From the NCBI GenBank assembly GCA_030390025.1, contig CM059446.1, forward strand, positions 13,888,001-13,952,000: DNA of 64,000 bases, in the 5' to 3' direction. The position numbers were made by a program, and so were the translations under genes. How positions within the stretch are numbered: the stretch's first letter is position 1; each line of letters starts with the position of its first letter. Source of the stretch: Squalus acanthias (Eukaryota). Positions 13,052 to 23,642 of this stretch are shown in pieces. Below the pieces are notes generated by a model. That model was not told where the DNA came from. It ran no database searches and saw nothing but the letters and a program-made list of their open reading frames with translations.

Positions 13052-13146
13052 AACATAAGAAATAGGAGCAGGAGTCGGCCATTCGGCCCTTCGAGCCTAC
13101 GCCGCCATTCAATAAGATCATGGCTGATCTTCTACCTCAACTCCAC
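13052..13146 (-). mobile_element. Short CR1 3'UTR/tail fragment fused to the 5' end of the preceding CR1
   Basis: aacataagaaataggagcaggagtcggccattcggcccttcgagcc...gatcatggctgatc is the reverse complement of the CR1 tail. Confidence 0.9.
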
Positions 13147-13186
13147 ATGACTTGAAATCGAGTCTGATAACTTCACCAAGCTTGAT

Positions 13187-13389
13187 TGTAGTGTATTGGT
13201 ATTGTTGGAGTATTCAGACCCTTATTATCAAAGGAACAAACACTTCATTTTGTAGCTTCAACACACACACAGTAAAATGCAAGACACAAACAAAATGGTA
13301 GCAGCCCTTCCACCATTTTACATCATCACTTCCTTTCCCAGAGCACCCCACTCAACCCGCACATGCTCAGTACTATACAGTGCTCTACA
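13187..13389 (-). repeat. 3' LTR of the Gypsy element
   Basis: TGTA...TACA; aligns to 17168-17367 at about 70-75% by eye; adjacent PPT. Confidence 0.85.
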
Positions 13390-16300
13390 TCCCTCCCTTA
13401 TTTTTGCTTCACTCAATCATCACAAAGTCCTTGACCCAACAAGTTTTCCGTCTTAACTGAGACCCTTCCTGACAACTCAGCTCTGGTCTCCCTTCACGAT
13501 TTTCCTTCAGCACCTACTCTTCTTCCTTATCCGTCTGCAACCGTTTCCCTCCGGCTTTGTTCCCTGGCTGATCATCCGCCTCTCCCACCCACTTCTTTAC
13601 AAGGGACATGTTCTGCTTAAAATTCACCCTGGCTGGTGACTTCTCCTTCTCTCCTCACCGCAGTGTGGAGTTCGGGTTTACCTTTTACCTGTTTTCAGCA
13701 CCTTCACCAAAACCTGATCGCCAACCTTAACCTTGCTTGAGGTCCCACATGCCTTCCCTCCACTTTGCGCTTCCATGTCTGATCTCAATAGCCCTCATCT
13801 GTAATATGGCCAATGTGCCGTCGTTCTGGCAACTTCATCTGCAGCTTGCGTCCAAACATGAACTGAGCTGGAGTCGCGCCCATTGCTGCCTGCAGGGTTA
13901 CCATTTCCTGCTTCCAATCTTTGCTTTCCGCCTGCGCCACATGTAGCGCCTTCATTAGAATCCCATTTGGCCGCTCCAAATCATTCGGCTATGGCCAGTG
14001 CGGGGCCATAATTCAATGTCCAACGCCTTATTCCTCCACAAATTGTTTAAACCCTTCAGCCACAAATTGCCTACCATTGTCAGTTCGCAGGACTGTAGTA
14101 GTCCACGTCTACCAGCAAATCTTTGCCACTGGGTAGAGGTTCCATAAGGTCCGTCGCCAGATCCTGCCACTGTGCACTTGGCGCTCTGCTTTGTACCAAC
14201 GGTTTGGGTAGAGAAAATGATCCGACCATTTGGGAACCACAGCAATGCTTGGACACTCGGACACTCGTTCCGTGTCCCAATCCATTCCTGGCCAACACAG
14301 GTCAGGATGGCTTTGTTTCCTTGGCCTGTACATCACCTTGAAGTCATACGGCTGTAATTGCAAAACCCAACACTCAGTCTTAGCTGGTGCCTTCAATGTT
14401 TTGGAGTAAAGATGCGCCAACGGCTCATGGCCCATTTCCAATTCAAACTCCTGGCCAAATGGGTAAATGTTGAAGCACTCGCATACCCACACCACAGCTA
14501 ACACCTCCTTTTCTATCTGCTCTTCCACATCGGTCAAGCTCCTGCTCGCAGAACTGATGGCTCTCGACACTCCTTCCTGTTTCTGCATCAGCACCGCACC
14601 TAATCTGATCAGACTCACATCTGGGAGTTCTAGCTAACTATGCCAAAGCCACGGACTAGATCAAAAATCCTTCCTCCAAAGCTTCTTGCTGCCTTTGACC
14701 CCCAATGTAAAAGGTGTGCTCGTCCTCGTCAGCATTGTAAGATTTCTGCAACTGTCACTAATTCGGGCAGAAGCGCTGGGGCTATACTACACCAAGCCAA
14801 AAATACTCTGTAGGTATGATGCCCATTTGGGTGGATTCGGACTCCTAACCGCCTCTATCTTCTCCTCAGACCGGTGAATACCATTTGCAGTCAAACAGTG
14901 CCCGAATAATGTTAATTCAGGCAGCCGAAACTCTCACTTGTCTGGATTAATCATCAATCCTGCCTGCTTAAATTTCTACAACACCATAAAAAGGCGTTGG
15001 TCATGTTCTGTCACTTTCCTGCCGTGCACAATCACAACTCCCTCATAACAGGCCAGCACGCTCTGCATGATCTTCTGAGTGTGCTCAGGCGCACTAAAAT
15101 TTCCGAATAGCAAACGTTTATTTTGACCGCCTCGGTCCCGTTCTAAACGTGGTGATAAACCTCGACTCAGGATCTTTGATGGAAGCCCCATTTCAGATCT
15201 AACTTGGAAAACATTTTACTGCCGTCTCATCCCTCTAAGATCTCCTCCAGCATCGGGAATGGATGAGGTTCTCTTATCGCTGCAGCATTAAGCCATGCGC
15301 ATATCCACGTATGCTCGAACATCCTCATCAGCTTGGGGTACCATGACTAAAGGACGAACCCATGGGCTCATCACATCAACTGCCTCAATGATGTGATCGG
15401 TTAGAAACTGGTCCAGTTTTGTGCCCACCTTGTCACGAAGTACAGATGGTATCTTCCTCAACGGCAGGTGTCAATGTCCAGCCTTCTTTGGGGATTCTTC
15501 AGCTTACCAATTCCAGTGAAACACTCCTGGAATCTCTCAAGGATTTCACCAGAGGTACTCTCTTTCCCAATGGTCCAACTTGTAATATGTTTAATTGCTC
15601 CACAGTCTTCTGACCCAATAGCGGCCGGCCTTTGCCGTCAAACTCAGCCTCACACTTTACCTCGTGAAACCATGCCATACATGGGGAATTCCCCAGTACT
15701 TTCAGTGGCTTTGTCATTGCATATGAAAAGGCTCCTTTGTGTATTCAGTGATCCTGCACTTAATCCTACTCGCTCTCACGGTTTCCCACATGAATTTGTT
15801 GACCAACCAGTACCACCATTAAAAGGCAATACACCATGACGTCACCCAGATTGCTGGCTCCATTTCTCCCTTTCCGCACACTCCATATAGAGTGCATCCC
15901 GACTTTCGGATTCCTGGTCGAGCAGCAGACAGCGGAGTTGCCAACCTTCCCACAATTCCTGCATTTCTTTCCCCATACTGGGCAATTTGGGTCTCACACA
16001 AAATGTCACTTTGTTACATGCAAAACAAAGCTGCTCCTTGTCCAACAATGCTCCAGTCCTTGGACCAATCCTGCCAGTGCCCCCATCAACCGCATTAATT
16101 CATTCATTCCTGTAGCTACTTCCTGGTCCACCAGCTCGTGAGCCCTGGCTATTCCCAACAATTCATCCAGACTCAGCGCAGTTCCTCTCTACCCGAGTTC
16201 CCGGCTCAGCGTGGAGTACTGGCACTTGGCAATGGCCTGATTCCTGATCTAATCATTGACACTGCAACCATGATCTTAGTTAAATGCCTGTAGTCTCAAC

Positions 16301-16518
16301 CAGCACACAAACCTCTCTACAGTTTCCCCACCTTGCTGGCAGTATTGGTGGAAAACATACCTCTCAAACTCTACACTGACCTTAGGTGCAAAATGATTGT
16401 TCAAGACAGCAAGAAGGCCCTCATACCCACGCGAGTCTGCATCCGTATGGCAGGTAAAGAACAATTCTTGCACTTCCAATCCCGCAGAGTGCAGAAGCCG
16501 AGCCTTCTTCTGCCCCTC

Positions 16519-16955
16519 ACAGGTGACACCTCGGGTAGCTAAGTATAACTTAAATACCAACATACAAAGAAATGTCAGGCAGGCAAAGACCAGCTGGTCC
16601 ATCAAGCCTGCCCCACACTCATGATGGCTGGAGAATCATGACTAAACACTCCTCTCCGCCCGCCCCCAGCCATGTAATCTCGTGGGAGATGCAAAAAAAG
16701 AGAAAAACCCAGGAAACCAGGCCAGGAGATCACATGGACTGTGTATTATCTGTAAAGCCACTTACCTGCTCTACGATGCGATCTCTGCCTCAGTCAGGAA
16801 CCGGCCCAACTCCCTCTTGAAGGCAGGCAGAGACTCAAGCACCCACCGCACATGAGTGTGGGGCAGGCTTGATGGACCAGCTGGTCTTTGCCTGCCCGAC
16901 ATTTCTTTGTATGTTGGTATTTAAGTTATACTTAGCTACCCGAGGTGTCACCTGT
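16519..16955. repeat. 105-bp inverted repeat (16519-16623 and 16851-16955) with a 227-bp spacer
   Basis: The arms are reverse complements with one mismatch seen (gtcaggc vs gtcgggc). Confidence 0.95.
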
Positions 16956-17033
16956 ATTCCAGAGGTTCACTACTCCCTGGGAAAGGAAGAACTGCCCAAC
17001 ATCTTAATCTTGCATAGTTTAAACTCATGTCTC
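16556..17033 (-). mobile_element. CR1-type 3' fragment inserted in the Gypsy gag, containing an internal inverted duplication
   Basis: Interrupts gag between ..IRAF and KLYL..; flanked by taaatac/taaatgc; CR1-like text (aactccctcttgaaggc..., ttccagaggttcactactc) and tail ggggcaggcttgatggaccagctggtctt on the minus strand. Confidence 0.7.
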
Positions 17034-17167
17034 TAAATGCTCTAATTCACTACATCCATCTTTGACCAGCTGTGTGATGGACCCCCTTCATATCAAAATG
17101 TGGGAGTTTACCCAACTTGGCGCAGCCCATGTCCTTTTTAGCAAGGTTTTGACCGTTGCTCAACAAT

Positions 17168-17367
17168 TGTAATGTATTTATACCACTGGAGTAATCAGAC
17201 ACTAATTATAAAAGGAACAAGCACTTTATTAAGGAGCCTCAACACAGAGAGCAATTGCCGAGCACAGACAAAATGGCAGAACCCCTTTGACCTTTCTATG
17301 ACATCACTTCCTTTCCCAGGACTCCCCATACAACGCACACATTCTCAGCACGATACAGTACTCCACA
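17168..17367 (-). repeat. 5' LTR of the Gypsy element
   Basis: TGTA...CACA followed by the TSD TTGAT; gag ATG lies about 40 nt inside (about 17130); PBS not recognisable. Confidence 0.85.
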
Positions 17368-18387
17368 TTGATTTTAAAAATGCTGCAATTCATCAAGGCT
17401 TGAAAGCAAAAACCTCTATTTGGATTTAAGCAAAAAGGCCTCCTAGATAGTATTAACCTATATTAATTTTGCCCCATCTCCTTACTTACACGCACTGTAC
17501 ATGTTGTATAATGAGTTAAGTTTGCATTAATCAGGTACACTTAAAATATATTAGGAAAATCAAATAGGTGTTAAATTTGTACACAATAACTGAAATTCTT
17601 GGATAGAACTAAGCCCATGGACTGTAATGGGGATTAAAGTGGAACACAGTGTGGACATTTATTGACTTCTGGGGGATAGTGTAGTTGGAGATCATGTCCT
17701 GTTAGTGTCTCACTTTTAGTAGCTATTTAAGAGGTGTTTGGCAGTAGAAACGGTTTGAAAGCATTACAGGATTTATAACTGAGCTGTTAATTGTGCTGTT
17801 AATCTCAGAAAGGAAAATGATGGAGACAGTTTTTTTTCTTTTAAGTGAAACCGGTCTAAATATTTGCAATTGTATTCTACCTAAAATAAAGAGATAAACC
17901 TCACTTTTAATTCTTCTGGAGCTGAACAGATGTTTGAACCTCCTGCAAAGAATAAAGGTTTACTTTCCATCAAACACACGGTGGACTATTTATCACTGTT
18001 TTTATTAGATTTGGATGTATTGCAGGACAAGCTGAAATGTGAATGGTCTGTAAAATGAGTATTAATTTCCTGGTTTTTCAAAAGTGATGTGTGTGGGTTG
18101 CAAGGAAAAACATAGATTGGAGCCTGGATATGCACATGACATTGTTCATAATATATACAATGCAACAGTGACTTGTTAAACCAAGTCTACTTAATCCTGT
18201 GTTTTTATAATCTGGCAGATTTTTTGGGGTAGTTTATATTGATATGTCTTGTCGCTTTTTCCATTTGTAATACGAGTTACTGAATCATCACTATATTGCA
18301 GCACTAGTTTAGTTTGCTGTGTATAACCACTTTGTCTCCCTCTCTCTCTCTTTATATATTTTAACGCATCGTAATCTTGTCTTTCAG

Positions 18388-18429
18388 GAGATAATTATTG
18401 ATGTAAGACAGCCACGAAGACCACACAAG
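18388..18429 (+). CDS. Candidate 42-nt phase 0-0 coding exon (EIIIDVRQPRRPHK), unidentified gene
   Basis: Long pyrimidine-rich tract ending cttgtctttcag|, donor aag|gtttat, open frame, non-repetitive context. Confidence 0.45.
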
Positions 18430-18603
18430 GTTTATTTTACTCCTAACTAGTATATTTAAGTTAAATCATCATAGAACTGCCAGTGCATGGAGCCAAGTTT
18501 TGAACTGCGCTGATCCTGTAACAAAGCCAGCTTCAGATAATCCATAACTGGACATTGTCAGAGCACAGCCACAATCACACGCTCTTCATTATAAGCAACC
18601 TTC

Positions 18604-18619
18604 ACCTCCAGGGGGCAGT
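18604..18619 (+). promoter_or_regulatory. Possible CTCF-binding motif
   Basis: aCCTCCAGGGGGCAGt closely matches the CTCF core CC(A/T)(C/G)CAG(G/A)(G/T)GGC(A/G); motif match only. Confidence 0.3.
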
Positions 18620-19632
18620 TGCTTCCTGTATACGCGGAAGAAATAACAGTCTCCCTCAAAGACCCTCGTGGCGACTGATAATGTGAATAAATGTCATTGT
18701 TTCCAGCAAGCTTTTCAGTGTTTGCATTTAAACTCAAGACAAACTGAAATAGAGCTCCAGGCCAGTTTAATGTTAAACACGGCGCAACATGCACTATGCT
18801 GCAGTAGATGCATCTCCATCAGTGAAGCAACACTGCCCGGGGGCATGTTCAGCACTGTGCCTATGAAAACTCCTAACTGCTAGTAATTTTCCACAACGGG
18901 TGATAAGCATAGGTGTTTGTTCGCCTCATGAGCTCTCTGAATTGAAGATCCTGCGGCAGTATGTAGAGATGCTATTGTTATTTACTTCACACTATACAAC
19001 GACCATATTGTGCTATTTTAGTCCAGTTGCTCTATAATTTGAGGCAATTGATCCTTCTGTAGCAATAAATACTTATCTCAGCTTTCAAATACAATTCCAC
19101 GCTTTCACAATTAACAGACAGTCCAAATTCAACTTTCTACTTGTAACAATTTCTCAACAGCAGAATGTTATTTTATGGCATTGAAAATGAAACAATTGTG
19201 CCTGTGAAAAAATAATAAGGCCTGTTTGTGGGTGTCTGTGACCTTGTTATTAACACTCAGAGCAGCGGCCTGTAGACAGAGGAGCGGCCAGCAAAGTTTA
19301 CCTCGCACTGTGCAACATTTCAAACAATTGGCTTCTTAAAAGGAGAAGACAAACAGAAAGACATCCGACTGGGCTGGAAATGGTGGATGGACTTTATTAT
19401 TCAGTGGTTATGAATCTTTCACACTCAGGAAAACATTCCACACCGCCACCCGCGCCCCTCCCCCACCCCAACTTTGCCCAGTGTATTTTTGTGCGCGCTA
19501 GCTATAATGTATGTGTACTGAAGGTGACCCGTGCATGTACTGAAAGTGAACTGGACATGTACGGAAGGTGAACTTCTTGAGGCACACAATGGATTGTGTT
19601 TCCACCTTATTCCTGTCTTTGATGCCCTGTAG

Positions 19633-19779
19633 GATTGTGTGTGGAAGAATTTCCACACAGCACTGTCGACAGGAAATAAGGCAGAAATCCAATCTCGTTT
19701 ATATACTCTTCAAAGCAAACGGCCTTTATTGAACAGTTATAAAGCTACTGCGAAGTACTGCAAAGAAAAATTCATATAA
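19633..19779 (+). CDS. Candidate terminal coding exon (DCVWKNFHTALSTGNKAEIQSRLYTLQSKRPLLNSYKATAKYCKEKFI*), unidentified gene
   Basis: cttattcctgtctttgatgccctgtag| acceptor, then 48 sense codons in phase 0 to TAA; in frame with exon 18388-18429. Confidence 0.42.
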   Translation, partial: DCVWKNFHTALSTGNKAEIQSRLYTLQSKRPLLNSYKATAKYCKEKFI

Positions 19780-19939
19780 TACAAGCATATGGTAACATTT
19801 TAAGGCTTACTTTCCACAGAAACCCATTTACGGTACAATAGTGGTGCGTAAACAAAGGAATACATCTAGCTTTGGTTACAATGGTGGAAATGGCTTCCCC
19901 GATTGCTCTCTCGATAAAATCACCACCCTGCGTGATATG

Positions 19940-20240
19940 GCACCAGTCAGGCCGCAAAGGTCACGGGGTCAATTCCTAGTCTGCGTTGACCTGACGGTAG
20001 AAGTGCTTCAGAGTCTTGGGATAGGAAAGTGGGGTGGGGGGGAGAAAAAAGAAAGATTCAGCCAGGATCCCAATTTCAATCCAGCGACCTCTGCCAGGGA
20101 CTTCAGATCATTTTAGGATGAGGTTTGGCCATGATGCTCACTATAGTTGATCAGCAGAGCAACATTCACTGTCGAGTTCAAACTGGATGAATTGCCAATG
20201 GTCAAGATACTAAAGAGCCCTTGATGCCTGTACAAATGTA
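19940..20240 (+). mobile_element. Old tRNA-derived SINE (family B), decayed
   Basis: Homologous by eye to 54700-55030 and to the reverse complements at 26220, 30845, 34290 and 36650. Confidence 0.5.
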
Positions 20241-20244
20241 CAGA

Positions 20245-20535
20245 ACTCGGGTCATAAATATAAGATAGTCATTAATAAATCCAATAAGGAATTCAGGAGA
20301 AACTTCATTACCAGAGAGTGGTTTGAATGAGGAACTCGCTAACAGAGGGAGTAGTTGAGGCAAATAGCATAGATGCATTTAAGAGAAAGCTGGATAAGCA
20401 CATGAGGGAGAAAGGAATAGAAGGATATGTTGATAGGGTGACATGAAGAAGGGCAGGAGGAGGCTCATGTGGAGCATAAACACCAGCATGGGCCAGTTGG
20501 GCCGAACGGCCTGGAACTGTGCTGTAAATACTATG
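20245..20535 (+). mobile_element. CR1 LINE 3' end
   Basis: agaactcgggtcataaatataag (RT.GHKYK), aggagaaacttc..cagagagtggtt..ggaactcgcta; 3'UTR ending ttgggccgaacggcctg..tgtgctgta. Confidence 0.85.
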
Positions 20536-21268
20536 TGATAGTAGGTCATACTATGTTGTGCCCTCAGGTATCACTACCTTTGGGAGAGGGGAGGGGAAAA
20601 TGAGACAACTGAAAATAAAACTGTGAAACTACAAAAAAGCCGGAATAATTTGAACACTCTACCCTGTGCATCAGAACCGCATGTGTTTCTTGGGCTCACA
20701 GAATACTGTTCATTCTGGCACACATTTTCAAGATTTCAGCACACCAGATGAGAGGCCAAGCACCTGCATGACTGCAATGAAATTTTGTGGGTCTGTTTAT
20801 GCCTAAAGAAAGCAATGACATAAATGTCTATAAAGCAGAAATATTTTATTTGTCATATCGCCATTCTTTATTTCATTTTCTTGCTGATGATGCAACCCAT
20901 GCAAAATGTTTTGCCTTGATGAAAATAACAGATGTCCAAGACAGCTTGCGTGGAATAAAAATCGAGCTGTCCACGACTGCAAGCATCCAAATATAGTGAT
21001 AGATTTAAGAGGGCCCACCACCCCACGGGAGGATAAGGAGGTGAGAGATTATGGTACCAGTTTACAACAGCCTAAACTGTTGCCAATAGATACAACATGG
21101 CAGACATCGTCAAACATGACAGAGGAGTCCACATCTGCAGTGGGTTTATTAAAATAAAACTGAAATAAATTTTACTGTGTGATGTTAACATGGAAGGGAA
21201 TCAAGCCTTTTGAGTTATGAAATTATTTGGAAAAAGACATGTTTGGTAAACATTTTTTTCCATTTTTT

Positions 21269-21880
21269 GGCCTTGAGAAACTACGCCATGTTCTTCGCAG
21301 CCTTCAACATGTCATCGATGACGACGAACACCTTGCTAAGGCCATCCCCACGCCTCCACTACTCGCCTTCAAGCAGCCGCCTAACCTCAAAAGTACCATC
21401 GTTCGCAGCAAATTACCCAGCTTTCAGAAGAACAGCGACCACGACACCACACAACTCTGCCACGGCAACCTCTGCAAGACATGCCAGATCATGGACACAG
21501 ATACCGTCATCACACGTAAGGACACTACCCACCAGGTACATGGTACATACTCATGTGACTCGGCCAACGTTGTCTACCTGATACGTTGCAGTAAAGGATG
21601 CCCCAGAGCATGGTACATCGGCGAGACCATGCAGACACTGAGACAACGTATGAACGGACACCGCGCAACAATCGCCAGGCAGGAGGGTTGCCTCCCAGTC
21701 GGGGAACACTTCAGCAGTCAAGGGCATTCAGCCTCGGATCTGCGGGTTAGCGTTCTCCAAGGCGGCCTTCGGGATACACGACAACGCAAAATCATCGAGC
21801 AGAAACTGATAGCCAAGTTCCGCACTCATGAGGACGGCCTCAATCGGGATATCGGGTTCATGTCACGTTACAGAACGTGA
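21269..21880 (+). CDS. Penelope-like element ORF C-terminus: linker, Cys motif and GIY-YIG endonuclease (RT missing)
   Basis: PLLAFKQPPNLK..VRSKL, CHGNLCKTC, CDSANVVYLIRC..C...WYIGET..LRQRMNGHR, VGEHF..GHS, EQKLIAKFRT..GLNRD; uninterrupted. The TTG at 21227 lies in flanking DNA. Confidence 0.92.
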   Translation, partial: GLEKLRHVLRSLQHVIDDDEHLAKAIPTPPLLAFKQPPNLKSTIVRSKLPSFQKNSDHDTTQLCHGNLCKTCQIMDTDTVITRKDTTHQVHGTYSCDSANVVYLIRCSKGCPRAWYIGETMQTLRQRMNGHRATIARQEGCLPVGEHFSSQGHSASDLRVSVLQGGLRDTRQRKIIEQKLIAKFRTHEDGLNRDIGFMSRYRT

Positions 21881-22109
21881 CTTGACATCGTTGCCGGTTT
21901 TTCCAGCTTTTAAAAAAAACAAACACAAGAAACAAACCCAAATGGAGAGGATATGCAGCCAGCAGGTGTTTTGACACGTTGGACCCCCTGGGACACATCT
22001 CATTGTCTTGGCTGTGCTCTTAGTGTGTCTTTGATGTAGGGAAAGATTGAATCGCATTTTCTCTGTGTTTATATTCTGTGAATTCTGGTAGATTGTCTCA
22101 CAGTAACTC

Positions 22110-22145
22110 TACCTGAGGAAGGGGCGACAGCTCCGAAAGCTTGTA
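22110..22145 (+). ncRNA. Minimal type I hammerhead ribozyme in the Penelope terminal repeat
   Basis: tac-CTGAGGA-a-ggggc(gaca)gctcc-GAAA-gc-TT-gta: CUGANGA and GAAA cores, stem II, stem I tac/gta, palindromic AAGCTT stem III. Confidence 0.75.
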
Positions 22146-22277
22146 ATTTTAAATAAATCTGTTGGACTATAACCTGGTGTTGTGCGACTTCTCATTTTTG
22201 TACAATAGAGTGGTACTGCTTTGCCAACAACCCAATAGTGCACTAATATGATGAGCCGTAGACCAATATATAATAAT

Positions 22278-22750
22278 GTGTCAGCTGTGGCTCAGTGGGC
22301 AGCACTCTCGCCTCTGAGTCAGAAGGTTGTGGGTTCAAGTCCCACGCCAGAGCCTTGAGCACAAAAATCTAGGCTGTCACTCCAGTGCAGTGCTGAGGGA
22401 GCGCTGCACTGTCGGAGGTGCCTTCTTTCAGTTGAGACGTTAAACTCAGGCCCTGTCTGCCCCCTCAGGTGGATTTAAAAGATCGCATGGCACTATTTCA
22501 AAGAAGAGCAGGGGAGTTCTTCCCAATGTCCTGCCCAATATTTATCCTTCAACCAACATCACTAAAAAAAAATTAGCTGGTCATTAACTCAGTGCTGTTT
22601 GTGGGAGCTTGCTGTGCACAAACTGGCTGCCGCATTTCCTACATTACAACAGTGACTACACTTCAAAAGGACTTCAGTGGTTGTACAGCGCTTTGGGATG
22701 TCCTGAGGTCATGAATGGCACTATATAAATGCAAGTATTTCTTTCTTTTC
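22278..22750 (+). mobile_element. Full-length Deu-domain (SacSINE1-like) tRNA-derived SINE
   Basis: Pol III A box tggctcagtggg, B box ggttcaagtccc, Deu core (gagacgttaaac..aaaagatc.catggcact..tgtcctg.ccaa) and L2-like tail. Confidence 0.9.
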
Positions 22751-23024
22751 GACACAAGTGTGCCCTTGATGGCCCCACAATACCAGCGTGTGATACCTGC
22801 TGGGCTGTTGAGGGAAACCACAAGCACAGATGAGGCAATGTCCAGATGACCAAGTTTTTCATCAACCCTTCCTCGCTATCTCTTTATTTTGCTCGCCACC
22901 CATTTTTGTCTGATTATGCTTCTGCAAAATAGTAATATGCTATTGTATGTATATATTATATAAATATAATGAAGGGTTTTGTTTCCAAGAACAAATAGCA
23001 CAACGTTATTTATTACAGCTGCCT

Positions 23025-23285
23025 ATTTGCCCTGAGGATGTTAAGGGTCAACCACATAGTGTGAGACTCGTGTCACTTGTAGGCCAGACCAAGTGGGGTA
23101 GCAGTCTCCCTTCCTTGAAGGACATTATTGAGTCAGTTGGGTTTTTATGACAATCTGGCAGCTTTAATGGTCATTTTCTGGTACTAGCTCACAAGTTACC
23201 AGGTTTATTGAATTTAATTTCACAACTTGCCCTGGTGGGATTTGAACTCGTAGCCTCTGCACTGTTAGACTACCAGGCTACCACA
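23025..23285 (-). mobile_element. tRNA-derived SINE (family C)
   Basis: Minus strand has a B box gagttcaaatccc near 23240; the body shares gtcac.tgtaggccagac with 62892-62910. Confidence 0.65.
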
Positions 23286-23464
23286 GTTTGTTAATCAAAA
23301 AAAAAACTTTGGAAGTTGTTCTAAGGACGTAATCAGGATGTTTCTGTGGGGAGGGGAGAGGGAAAGACATACTTCGCGCCAGGTGAAAAAATTATCCAGA
23401 TTAATATGATCAGAGATGGATTTTGGCTACAACACACTGTACTCTACCTATTGTATTTTCTTAT

Positions 23465-23642
23465 ATTATCTGGTCATTATCACATTGCTGTTTGTGGGAG
23501 CTTGCTGTGCGCAAATTGGCTACATTACAACAATGTTTCCTACATTATAACAGTGACTACACTTCAAAAGTACTTAATTGGTTGTAAAACACTTTAGGAT
23601 GCCCTGAGGCTGTGAAAAGCACCGTATAAACGCAAGTCTTTT
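23465..23642 (+). mobile_element. 3' fragment of Deu SINE
   Basis: attatctggtcattatcacattgctgtttgtgggagc...cgcaagtctt, with a small internal duplication (tacattacaaca/tacattataaca). Confidence 0.85.

Larger units (their letters stand above)
13187..17367 (-). mobile_element. Complete but decayed Ty3/Gypsy LTR retrotransposon
   Basis: Two about 200-bp TG..CA LTRs; TTGAT TSD at 13182-13186 and 17368-17372; polypurine tract aggGAGGGA next to the left (3') LTR; minus-strand fragments in the order gag (MGCAKLGKLPHFD..QRW..FKLYL..KKARLLH..FERYVF), RT (EHDQRL), RNase H (LGAVLMQ..SRSLTDVE.QIEKE.LAVVW.CE.F), integrase (WQDLATDLMEPLPSG..VDYYS; TPAQFMFGRKL). Confidence 0.93.
21268..22200 (+). mobile_element. 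5'-truncated Penelope-like retroelement
   Basis: Linker plus GIY-YIG coding region, followed by a terminal repeat with a hammerhead motif and aataaa; the terminal repeat matches those at 52165-52539; CpG-rich, so probably young. Confidence 0.92.

Noticed and set aside
21227-21880. Domesticated host GIY-YIG nuclease gene
   Set aside because: The start codon lies in flanking DNA and the Penelope terminal repeat follows, so a young truncated copy explains the open frame.
22278-22350. tRNA gene (also 54075-54145)
   Set aside because: The A and B boxes belong to SINE heads that continue into the SINE body; no convincing cloverleaf.
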